A stretch of DNA of 64,000 nucleotides from Dyadobacter sp. 50-39 (GTDB lineage Bacteria; Bacteroidota; Bacteroidia; Cytophagales; Spirosomataceae): NCBI RefSeq assembly GCF_001898145.1, contig NZ_MKSR01000023.1, forward strand, positions 61,894 to 125,893, read 5' to 3'. Below are positions 55,330 to 63,748 of the stretch, piece after piece. Made by a program: the position numbers and the translations under genes. Position 1 is the first letter of the stretch, and the number at the start of each line of letters is the position of its first letter. The notes under the pieces are model-generated. The model saw only the letters and a list, made by a program, of their open reading frames with translations, made no database searches and was not told the DNA's origin.

Positions 55330-57903
55330 ATGTTTACTCTGCGTGGCCCGTCTTTCTTAAAATCGGTAAAAGGAAAAGTCGTTTTAGGCTTTTTCATAGC
55401 CTCCCTAGCCCTTGCAGCATCCTGGGTAACCAGCAAAGTAGCGTTCGACAACATGCTCACCACGCTGGATACGCTCTCCACCCCGGATGACAAAATGCGG
55501 CTGGTCAATAAGATATTCCAGGATATTCTCACGCTCGATCACCTTCAGAACGAACGCAAACTGAAAGGAGAAGAACTCAACGACGACGTACTAGCCCAGT
55601 CGGTGGAACTGATTGCCACGCTCGATACCCTCAGTTATCTTAGTCTCGAAGACCCGTTGCAGGTGATCCGGATCGATTCCATGAAAAAGATCCTGAAAGA
55701 ACGGGAGAAAATATACGGCGACTATGTGAAAGTCCGAACCAAGCTGGTAAGCAACAAGGCCCTGGAAGACGAAGTAAAATCTATTTCCGGACTGATCACT
55801 ACCAAGCAAGTCAAACCGGACAGCACGGTAGTTAAGACTGAAAAACGCACAACTACTACCACGGTTTACACCGAAGTTCCCGACACCAGCCAGAAAGCCA
55901 GTACAAAAAAGGGCTTCCTCAGCCGGGTTTTCAGGGGAAACAAGAAGAGCCAGGCACCAGCGAAAGGACCTACAAAGCTGGTGCAGAAACAGGAAGTGAA
56001 CGTCCAGGTAGACACAATCCGCGTAGCGAAAAAGGACAGCACGATTGAGAAAGTGGGTGAAGCAGTGCACGCTATTGAAAAATCACAGAAAAAACGCGCC
56101 GTAACCTTTGTCGACCGCGAACAGGAACTGGCTACGGCCGGTAACTCGCTGGTAAAACAGCTGCTGGGTGTCATGCAGGATGTGCAGCGAGACGTCATGC
56201 GGGATTCCGACGATAAAAACGCGAAGGCCAAGGGAATGGTAGAAGGCAGCGTGGACCACCTCGAATGGATCATGCTGGGTTTCTTTTTCCTTACTGCCGT
56301 CATGGCCTATTTCATCTTTGCCGACATTGCGAAAAGCAACGATTACCGCCAGCAGCTAGAAGAAGCCAAAGAAGAGGCAGAATACCACAGCATGGCCAAG
56401 CAGCGCTTTCTGGCCAATATGAGCCATGAAATCCGCACACCGCTGCAATCCATTATCGGTTATGCAGAAGCATTGAAAAACGAAGAAAAACCACGAAAGC
56501 AAGATCTCGAAACGCTGCATTCAGCTTCGGAGCATTTGCTGTACCTGGTGAACGAAGTGCTTGATTACAGCCGCATTATTTCCGACCGGTTCACGTTCGA
56601 AGACAGGGTGTTTTCCATCAATCCGCTCCTGAACGAGGTAATACAGGTGCTGCGGCCGAATGCATTGTCAAAAGGGTTGATATTGAGGCTTGAAAACTCG
56701 CTGAAACCCAACTTGTACCTGCATGGCGACCCCTTCCGACTGCGGCAGATCCTGTACAATTTGCTGACTAATGCAATAAAATTCACCGAAAACGGCGAGG
56801 TGGTGCTCAAAGTGGCGGGCCATGAAAATGGCCATGCGGCCAAAATTGAGTTCCAGATCTCGGATACGGGCATCGGGCTCTCGAAAGAGCAGGCAGAGCG
56901 CATTTTTAACCAGTTTGAGCAGGCAGATCCGTCCATTCAGCGCCGGTACGGCGGTACCGGGCTCGGACTCAGCATTGTAAAAGCATTAGTGGAAGGCATG
57001 GCGGGCAGTATCCACGTCACCAGCAAGCAGGGAGAGGGCACGACTTTTTTTGTCACCACCAGTATGAAAAAGGCAGACACACTGGAATTGGCAGAGGAAG
57101 CGCCGGAAAGAAGCTATCAGATCAATGGCAAAGTATGGCTGGTGGATGATGACGCCTTCATTCTCAAATGGTGCTCTTCGGTGCTCGAAATGAACGGGAT
57201 TCAGCACGCGGCATTCTCCTCCGCGGAGGAAGTGCTCAGCAGGCCGTGGAACAGCGAAGTGAAATTCGTTCTAACGGACATGCGCATGTCGGGCATGAAC
57301 GGGGCCGAGCTCGTGAAGCGCCTGCGCAGATCGGCACCGGCCGATGTTAAATTCTTCGTACTAACTGCACAGGCCCTGCCCGAAGAACGTAAAAAGCTGC
57401 TTGGCATGGGCTTCGACGGTTACCTGATGAAGCCATTCCATTCCAAAGACCTGCTGGAACTGCTCGAATCTTCCTCTGCGCCCGAAGTGCATCAGCCGGA
57501 CATTACAGCCGCAATGTCAAATGACCGTACTGCCGAAAACGGCGGCTCGACGCACAGTCTTGAATTCGACTTCTCGATGCTGAGCGAGATGACTTTCGGA
57601 GACGAAAGCCTGCTGCGTGAAATCCTCGATCAGTTTGTCAAAGACTCTCGTACCGACATCGACTCGCTCCGGTACCATATCGCCGCCAACGAACCTGATC
57701 ATACGCAGGAGCTTATGCACCGCATGGCCGGCCGTACGGGCCAGATCGGCGCCCGCGACCTTTCCGCGCGGTTCAGAAACCTGGAAATCGCATTGCGTGA
57801 AAATCCTTCGGGTGTGTCGGAAAAAGAAATGACGCAGGTCGTAAACGACGCTGCGTCAGTGATTGAGCAAGTGGAGGAAAAAGCGCTCTCCTACTCGATA
57901 TGA
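55330..57903 (+). CDS. hybrid sensor histidine kinase/response regulator with C-terminal HPt domain
   Basis: There are two TM segments flanking a roughly 270-aa extracytoplasmic region. The kinase motifs are the H-box SHEIRTPL, N-box LLTNAIKFT and G-boxes DTGIGL and GGTGLGLSI. The REC domain carries LTDMRMSGMNG and the HPt domain carries HRMAGRTGQIGA. Confidence 0.9.
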   Translation: MFTLRGPSFLKSVKGKVVLGFFIASLALAASWVTSKVAFDNMLTTLDTLSTPDDKMRLVNKIFQDILTLDHLQNERKLKGEELNDDVLAQSVELIATLDTLSYLSLEDPLQVIRIDSMKKILKEREKIYGDYVKVRTKLVSNKALEDEVKSISGLITTKQVKPDSTVVKTEKRTTTTTVYTEVPDTSQKASTKKGFLSRVFRGNKKSQAPAKGPTKLVQKQEVNVQVDTIRVAKKDSTIEKVGEAVHAIEKSQKKRAVTFVDREQELATAGNSLVKQLLGVMQDVQRDVMRDSDDKNAKAKGMVEGSVDHLEWIMLGFFFLTAVMAYFIFADIAKSNDYRQQLEEAKEEAEYHSMAKQRFLANMSHEIRTPLQSIIGYAEALKNEEKPRKQDLETLHSASEHLLYLVNEVLDYSRIISDRFTFEDRVFSINPLLNEVIQVLRPNALSKGLILRLENSLKPNLYLHGDPFRLRQILYNLLTNAIKFTENGEVVLKVAGHENGHAAKIEFQISDTGIGLSKEQAERIFNQFEQADPSIQRRYGGTGLGLSIVKALVEGMAGSIHVTSKQGEGTTFFVTTSMKKADTLELAEEAPERSYQINGKVWLVDDDAFILKWCSSVLEMNGIQHAAFSSAEEVLSRPWNSEVKFVLTDMRMSGMNGAELVKRLRRSAPADVKFFVLTAQALPEERKKLLGMGFDGYLMKPFHSKDLLELLESSSAPEVHQPDITAAMSNDRTAENGGSTHSLEFDFSMLSEMTFGDESLLREILDQFVKDSRTDIDSLRYHIAANEPDHTQELMHRMAGRTGQIGARDLSARFRNLEIALRENPSGVSEKEMTQVVNDAASVIEQVEEKALSYSI

Positions 57904-59264
57904 TATTTTTCGATTTTATAATACAAAGTCTTGCGGTCGATATTGAGTAGCTTCGCCGCCTTGCTTTTATTGTAGCGTACTTCCTGCAATACTTTTTCAA
58001 TCATCTCCTTTTCGTGCGTTTCCTGCAATGCCTTCAAATCGGAGCCTGGTGCGGGCTTCTGCTGATCTTCCATCGCGGTAATCATCTCCGAGGGCAATGC
58101 ACTCAGCGTGGCTATTTCTTCCTTGGAAAGAAGTACAAGGCGCTTGATCACATTGTTCAGCTCACGGAGGTTACCCGGCCAATCGTATTTCTGGAAAACA
58201 TCCATTACTTCTTTGGAAAGCTCCCGCACGTTGCGGTCGAGTTCCTCATTGGCTTTGTCTACAAAATGCTGTACAAAAATCGGGAGGTCTTCACCGCGTT
58301 TGCGCAATGCAGGGACTTCGATTTTGAATTCGTTGAGCCGGTGGTAAAGGTCTTCACGGAAATCGCCGGCAGCGGCACTGGAAATAAGGTCTTCATTGGT
58401 CGCCGCTATGAGGCGCACGTCGACTTTCACCTGCTGCGTGCTGCCAATGGGAACGATAATGCGCTCCTGCAAAGCGCGAAGCAGCTTGATCTGCACGTCG
58501 TAGCTAAGGTTACCGATCTCATCCAGGAACAGCGTGCCGCCATCGGCTGCCTCAAACTGCCCTATCTTATCCTGCAATGCACCGGTAAATGCGCCTTTTT
58601 TATGGCCAAACAGCTCACTGGCCGCCAGGTCCTTGGATAGTGAACCGCAGTCAATCGCTACGAACGGTCCGTCCGCACGTTTGCTGAGGCGGTGTATCGA
58701 CTTCGCTACGTGTTCCTTACCCGTGCCGCTTTCGCCCTGGATAATCACCGACATATCCGTGGGCGCCACCAGCCGGACGTATTCGAAGAGCTGCTTCGCG
58801 ACCTTACTCTTACCTTCGATGTAGTCGAGCGATTGCTTCTCGGCTTTTGAATTATTTTTGGCCTTCGGCGCAGTCTTCACGCTCGTAACCTCCCCCTTAT
58901 TCAGCGCTTCTCTGAGTACCATAAGCAATTCCTCCGGGTTCACCGGCTTTGTAATATAGTCGAAAGCCCCTATTTGCATAGCAGTAACGGCCGTCCTCAC
59001 ATCATGAAAGCTTGTCATGATAAATGCAGGCGTGCGGTTACCCTCGCTTCTGAGCGTTTTGAGAAAATCCACCGAGTTACCATCCGGCAGACGGTAATCA
59101 AGCATCAGTACTTCGAACGGGCGGTCGGAGCTGCTCTTTCCGAGCGCTTCCCTCGCTTCCCTGATATTTGCACAAACCTTTACCTGATGACCATGCTTGC
59201 CGAGAAAATTGGTGAGCAACTTTGAAAATGTAGAATCGTCTTCAACGAGGAGCAGATGAGCCAT
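57891..59264 (-). CDS. sigma-54-dependent response regulator (NtrC family)
   Basis: The REC domain carries LLVEDD...LMLDYRLPDG. The AAA+ domain has Walker A GESGTGKE and the sigma-54 contact loop GAFTGA, and there is a C-terminal Fis-type HTH. Its 3' end overlaps the kinase 3' end by 13 nt. Confidence 0.9.
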   Translation of the reverse strand: MAHLLLVEDDSTFSKLLTNFLGKHGHQVKVCANIREAREALGKSSSDRPFEVLMLDYRLPDGNSVDFLKTLRSEGNRTPAFIMTSFHDVRTAVTAMQIGAFDYITKPVNPEELLMVLREALNKGEVTSVKTAPKAKNNSKAEKQSLDYIEGKSKVAKQLFEYVRLVAPTDMSVIIQGESGTGKEHVAKSIHRLSKRADGPFVAIDCGSLSKDLAASELFGHKKGAFTGALQDKIGQFEAADGGTLFLDEIGNLSYDVQIKLLRALQERIIVPIGSTQQVKVDVRLIAATNEDLISSAAAGDFREDLYHRLNEFKIEVPALRKRGEDLPIFVQHFVDKANEELDRNVRELSKEVMDVFQKYDWPGNLRELNNVIKRLVLLSKEEIATLSALPSEMITAMEDQQKPAPGSDLKALQETHEKEMIEKVLQEVRYNKSKAAKLLNIDRKTLYYKIEKYHIE

Positions 59265-59340
59265 GGGTGATACTATTTCTAAGAAAAATAAATACTGTCA
59301 AACGAGCGGGTATTATGTAAAAGTACAAAAACAAACACCA

Positions 59341-59366
59341 AAAAGCCGGAGAAGTCTCCGGCTTTT
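59341..59366 (-). terminator. hairpin terminator after the small PepSY-like gene
   Basis: The stem pairs aaaagccggag with ctccggctttt around a 4-nt loop. The sequence downstream on the minus strand is T/G-rich. Confidence 0.75.
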
Positions 59367-59401
59367 CCTTATGAGCCTGCCAGATGCCGGGAGCGACGTT
59401 C

Positions 59402-59704
59402 TCAGTCGATTTTCTTCCCGTACTTATCCAGATTCAGTGTAAATGTTTCTTCCGCTCGCTTGATGTTGAGTTCGTAATACTGTGAATTATCGTCGCGGGT
59501 GACCAGGTAAGCGCTCGATACTTTCCATTCGGCATAGGAGCCGGACAATGTACTTTTGACCGCTTCCGGAAGGTCTTCCGGCCTTACCGCCACTTTACTT
59601 TGCTCGGCAATAACGGTCATTTCCGTCCGGGATTGTACAGAAGCTTCAATATCGGGTGCAACTGCTGCCAGTAAGAGGGTAAATGCTATCGGGGTTATTC
59701 GCAT
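59402..59704 (-). CDS. small secreted PepSY-like (DUF2874-type) protein
   Basis: The ORF is 100 aa with a signal peptide. The pattern LPEAVKSTLSGSYAEWKVSSAYLV...YYELNIKRAEETFTLNLDKYGKKI matches the family. Confidence 0.6.
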   Translation of the reverse strand: MRITPIAFTLLLAAVAPDIEASVQSRTEMTVIAEQSKVAVRPEDLPEAVKSTLSGSYAEWKVSSAYLVTRDDNSQYYELNIKRAEETFTLNLDKYGKKID

Positions 59705-59738
59705 GGATCAGGCATTTAATTTTTAACGTAATCGGAAA

Positions 59739-59753
59739 GACATATTCGTGCCA
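59739..59753 (-). promoter_or_regulatory. weak candidate sigma-54 (-24/-12) promoter upstream of the PepSY-like gene
   Basis: The minus strand reads TGGCACGAATATGTC. The -24 half is perfect (TGGCACG), but the -12 half is TGTC instead of TTGC. It lies about 35 nt upstream of the ATG at 59704. Confidence 0.25.
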
Positions 59754-60130
59754 AGAGAAATATGCTGCAAAAAAAGTTGATTATCAGATATTAACCAATT
59801 TTAATTCGCAACTGTGTAACCAGATGAAACGGGAGCTATGCCTCATGTTGGGGAATTTCACACCATGTATGTGAAATTTACTAACCAATTTGCGTATTTA
59901 CCCATATCTTCTTACACAAACTAAAAAAAATTCAAAATTTTTTGATTACATATTGCTTAATTTAGAGGCACAATCAGTTATATTTGCGTAGAAATTTTTT
60001 GGCTATCAAAAGTAGCACAAATACTACACACAAACGAACCTTAACGCTATACATTCATATATTGAATTATAACTCAGGCACTATTTACTCACGTTATTTG
60101 ATTAAAACCATCGGTTAGTCTGAAACATTG

Positions 60131-60160
60131 AGAGTCCCCTCCGCGGGACTCTTTTTGTTT
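60131..60160 (+). terminator. orphan intrinsic terminator inside the 566-bp spacer, with no upstream CDS on this strand
   Basis: The stem pairs agagtccc with gggactct around a 6-nt loop and is followed by tttttgtttt. It lies 110 nt upstream of the ferritin-like gene's ATG. Confidence 0.7.
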
Positions 60161-60270
60161 TCCCCCCTTCCTACCTTTTTTAAGGCGTTTGATCTAAAGC
60201 AATCCCGTCCGCGTAGGTCTGTCAAAACTCTTTCGACACACGAAGAGTGCCTCAGTAACCTTTAATTGCT

Positions 60271-60996
60271 ATGAACAAACACACGAAAACGAAGAACGAT
60301 GCCGGACGTGGCGAAGAAAAAATCACGTCGGTTGTAAACAGACGCCTGTTTCTACGTTCGGCCGGATTAGCCACATCACTGGGAACGATCGTCATCGCCG
60401 CGGGTTGTAACGACGATGACGATGATCCGATGATACCAGGAACCGGCGACACCGTGGACCTGGGCTCAGGGGACATCGGCGTACTCAACTACGCATACGC
60501 TTTGGAGCAATTGGAAGCCGCTTTCTACACACAGGTGATCCAAACGCCCTATTCGGGCATGACCGACGCTGAGAAGACGATCCTGACAGACATTCGCGAC
60601 CACGAGATTGTACATCGCGACTTCTTCAAAACTGCATTGGGCGACAAGGCCATTAAAGGACTCACCCCAAATTTCGGCGCCATCGACTTCACTAAGAAAG
60701 ACGCCGTGCTGGGTGCCGCCAAATTATTTGAAGACACCGGTGTAGCCGCATACAACGGTGCCGGGAAGTTGCTGAAAGATCCGAATTACCTGCTCCTCGC
60801 CGGAAAGATCGTGTCCGTGGAAGCGCGCCACGCTGCGGTTATCCGTGACCTGATCAACCCAAAATCTGCCGATTTCGCCGGTGACGACATCATCGATATG
60901 AATGGAATGGACAAGGCGGTTGCGCCTGCCGACATTCTTTCGGCTGTAAAGGGCTACGTGAAAGATACCATCACCGGTACCAACGTAGGTAAATAA
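60271..60996 (+). CDS. Tat-exported ferritin-like (di-iron four-helix-bundle) lipoprotein
   Basis: It has a twin-arginine motif NRRLFLRSAG followed by the lipobox IAAGC. The metal-ligand pattern is LEQLE, DHEIVH, EDTG and VEARH (E, ExxH, E, ExxH). Confidence 0.8.
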   Translation: MNKHTKTKNDAGRGEEKITSVVNRRLFLRSAGLATSLGTIVIAAGCNDDDDDPMIPGTGDTVDLGSGDIGVLNYAYALEQLEAAFYTQVIQTPYSGMTDAEKTILTDIRDHEIVHRDFFKTALGDKAIKGLTPNFGAIDFTKKDAVLGAAKLFEDTGVAAYNGAGKLLKDPNYLLLAGKIVSVEARHAAVIRDLINPKSADFAGDDIIDMNGMDKAVAPADILSAVKGYVKDTITGTNVGK

Positions 60997-61023
60997 TCAT
61001 TCACACTAACAGGATCAGAAATA

Positions 61024-61815
61024 ATGGATATTTTCAAAATCATAGACAAGTTTCAGCAAATTGACGGGGACGCCGTAGGGAGACTTGAATACGCCTCACG
61101 CCGTCACTTTATGAATCGGGTCGGAAGTAAACTGGCCTCGGCAGCCATTCCAACTGCCTTCGCTGCCATCGTGAACAAGGCATTTGCGCAGTCGGCTGCA
61201 GCAGTGGATGTTCTCAACTATGCATTGACGCTAGAATACCTCGAGGATGAGTTCTACAAAGCGGGTAATGCAGCTGCAAACCTCATCCCTGCATCGGACA
61301 AGGCCATTTTCACGCAAATCGGGAAGCATGAAACGCAGCACGTGGCATTCCTCGTGAAAGCCCTGGGTACCAAAGCGATCGCGAAACCCACATTTGATTT
61401 CATGTACGGCGGCGCCTTCGGGGATGTGTTTACCAATTACAAAACATTCGTAACCGTTTCCAGCGCACTGGAAGATACCGGCGTGCGTGCCTACAAAGGC
61501 CAGGCCGGTGCATTGATCGCCGATCCGCAGATCCTGGAATATGCATTGCAGGTGCACTCGGTAGAGGCCCGTCACGCGGCTGTAGCGCGGAGGCTGGCAG
61601 CCACATTGCTGGGCAATCCGGCGATGAAAGGCTGGATCACAGGCAAAGAAGGCGCAGTGGCAGCTATTTACGCCGGTGAAGACAATATGACGCAAGGAGG
61701 CGTAAATATCAAAGGCCTCGCATCCAAGTCGGACGCCGCGGTTACAGAAGCATTTGACGAACCTTTGACGAAAGAGGCGGTACTGGCGATTGCCGGTCCG
61801 TTTATAAAAAAATAA
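61024..61815 (+). CDS. Tat-exported ferritin-like (di-iron) protein, paralog of the upstream gene
   Basis: It has SRRHFMNRVG and a signal sequence ending in AFA. The same ligand pattern is present: LEYLE, KHETQH, EDTG and VEARH. Confidence 0.8.
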   Translation: MDIFKIIDKFQQIDGDAVGRLEYASRRHFMNRVGSKLASAAIPTAFAAIVNKAFAQSAAAVDVLNYALTLEYLEDEFYKAGNAAANLIPASDKAIFTQIGKHETQHVAFLVKALGTKAIAKPTFDFMYGGAFGDVFTNYKTFVTVSSALEDTGVRAYKGQAGALIADPQILEYALQVHSVEARHAAVARRLAATLLGNPAMKGWITGKEGAVAAIYAGEDNMTQGGVNIKGLASKSDAAVTEAFDEPLTKEAVLAIAGPFIKK

Positions 61816-61911
61816 TCGCACCCATTATCGTAAACTTTCCCTGTTGGGCATATACATGCACTTAAGTGGGGCCACGCTCCAAGTGCCAGCATACACACTA
61901 TTATGAATGAG

Positions 61912-61941
61912 GAGGTTACCGTTACCGGTAACCTCTTTTTT
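61912..61941 (+). terminator. intrinsic terminator after the ferritin-like pair
   Basis: A perfect 10-bp stem pairs gaggttaccg with cggtaacctc around a 4-nt loop. The tract tttttt follows. Confidence 0.85.
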
Positions 61942-62039
61942 ATGGATAACATGCCCGATTTGCCATGATATAATGGTTTAAGCCGCGTGGTTTACGTAAA
62001 TTTGAAAATAATGTTTTACAAGTTTTCCTGAACCAGTTG

Positions 62040-63272
62040 ATGAATTCGGAATTAAACAGAAGAGATTTTCTCAGACAAGGAAGCCTCACCGCACTGGCTA
62101 CTGCCATGGGCAGCCAGATTGTCTTCGCAAACAGGATGCCGGCCGGCTACCGCCCTATTTTCCTGGATGAAAAAGATGCACTCAAAGGCAAAAGCGCGGA
62201 AATGATCGTCCAGGGCGATAAACCCTGGAATGTGGAAACGCCGGTACATTTGCTCGACGACCGCATTACCCCGGTCGACAAGATGTTCATCCGCAACAAC
62301 GGGTTGATTCCTGAAAAAATAGACGTCGCTAACTGGACGCTGACCATTGACGGTGAGTCGGTGAAGGCGCCCAAAACTTACACGCTGGCGGACCTCAAAA
62401 AGAAATTCAAACAATATACTTATCAACTCGTGCTGGAATGCGGCGGCAACGGGCGCTCGGGTTACCAGCCGCAGGCATCGGGCAACCAATGGGGCCAGGG
62501 TGCAGTGCATTGCGCACAATGGACCGGCGTGCGGCTGAAAGACATTCTCAACGACGTCGGCATTAAGAACGATGCCGTGTACATTGGTTATCATGGCAAA
62601 GACCTGCATTTAAGCCGTGATCCCAAGAAAGAATCCATTTCGCGCGGCGTGCCTATGGCCAAGGCGATGGAGGACGAAACGCTCATTGCCTGGCAAATGA
62701 ATGGCAAAGACATTCCGGAGTTCCATGGCTACCCGCTCCGGCTTGTAATCGGCGGCTGGCCGGCCTCAGTTTCAGGAAAATGGCTGAGCGGCATTTCGGT
62801 GCGCAACAAGGTCCACGACGGTTCCAAAATGGAAGGGCACAGCTATAAGCTGCCCCGCAACCCCGTAGCCCCCGGTACCGACATCCCGGCGACCGACCAG
62901 TACTACAAGATCATCGAATCCATGCCCGTCAAATCGCTGATCACGTATCCAAAAACCGGGGCGATGATCGATTCGGGAAAAGAACTGGCCGTGCGCGGGC
63001 ACGCGTGGGCAGGGGACCATTCTGTTAAAAAGGTGGAAGTCTCGATTGATTTCGGCGCTACGTGGAAGGAATGCAAACTGGAAGCACCGGTAAACAGATT
63101 GGCGTGGCAGCATTGGAATACCAGCATCAAATTCCCTGTGAATGGCTATTACGAGATCTGGGTAAAAGCGACGGACGATACGGGCAAAGCACAGCCTATG
63201 CTGGTTCCTGCGTGGAACCCGGGCGGCTACCTGAACAATGCCTGCGAAAGGATCGCCGTCAAGATAGGTTAA
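62040..63272 (+). CDS. sulfite-oxidase-family molybdopterin oxidoreductase (SorA-like), Tat-exported
   Basis: It has the Tat motif NRRDFLRQGS and the Mo-ligand cysteine context LVLECGGNGRS. A C-terminal dimerisation-like domain is also present. Confidence 0.8.
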   Translation: MNSELNRRDFLRQGSLTALATAMGSQIVFANRMPAGYRPIFLDEKDALKGKSAEMIVQGDKPWNVETPVHLLDDRITPVDKMFIRNNGLIPEKIDVANWTLTIDGESVKAPKTYTLADLKKKFKQYTYQLVLECGGNGRSGYQPQASGNQWGQGAVHCAQWTGVRLKDILNDVGIKNDAVYIGYHGKDLHLSRDPKKESISRGVPMAKAMEDETLIAWQMNGKDIPEFHGYPLRLVIGGWPASVSGKWLSGISVRNKVHDGSKMEGHSYKLPRNPVAPGTDIPATDQYYKIIESMPVKSLITYPKTGAMIDSGKELAVRGHAWAGDHSVKKVEVSIDFGATWKECKLEAPVNRLAWQHWNTSIKFPVNGYYEIWVKATDDTGKAQPMLVPAWNPGGYLNNACERIAVKIG

Positions 63273-63307
63273 TGAACAAGAATGCTTCCGGGCCAATCTG
63301 ATACTTT

Positions 63308-63700
63308 ATGAAAACGCTTTTGATTGCCATGCTCGGTGCAGGTATTGTATTCCAAACCTTGCCCGAAACTTCGGTTACTGAGAATAGAGCCGATACGACA
63401 CTCGCCGATACCACGAAAAAGGATCCCGAAACAGGCCTGATCGTGGACGAAAACTTATACATGATCAAGGCGCAATGCACGAATTGCCATTCCACCAAGC
63501 TGATCACCGCCAACCGGTTCACGCGCGACGGCTGGAAGCAAAAAATCCGATGGATGCAGGCCAACCATAACCTCTGGGAGCTGGGCGACGCGGAGAAACC
63601 GGTGCTCGACTATCTCGAAAAAAATTATTCGCCAACTGCCTCAGCGGCAAGGAGAGCGCCCTTGAAGGACATTAAGTGGTACAAACTGGAACAAAACTGA
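63308..63700 (+). CDS. monohaem c-type cytochrome (SorB-like partner)
   Basis: It has a signal peptide and a single CxxCH (CTNCH, 63476-63490). It lies 35 bp downstream of the Mo-enzyme gene. Confidence 0.7.
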   Translation: MKTLLIAMLGAGIVFQTLPETSVTENRADTTLADTTKKDPETGLIVDENLYMIKAQCTNCHSTKLITANRFTRDGWKQKIRWMQANHNLWELGDAEKPVLDYLEKNYSPTASAARRAPLKDIKWYKLEQN

Positions 63701-63748
63701 TCGGAAACAATGCCTATATTTGGCACTCAAACCTGATGAATATTCCGC

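Noticed and set aside
59683-59874. A 63-aa plus-strand ORF lies at the start of the long AT-rich spacer.
   Set aside because: It overlaps the start of the minus-strand PepSY-like gene. It has no ribosome-binding or promoter context, it is Cys/Asn-rich, and it ends about 260 nt before the orphan terminator, so it does not explain that terminator.
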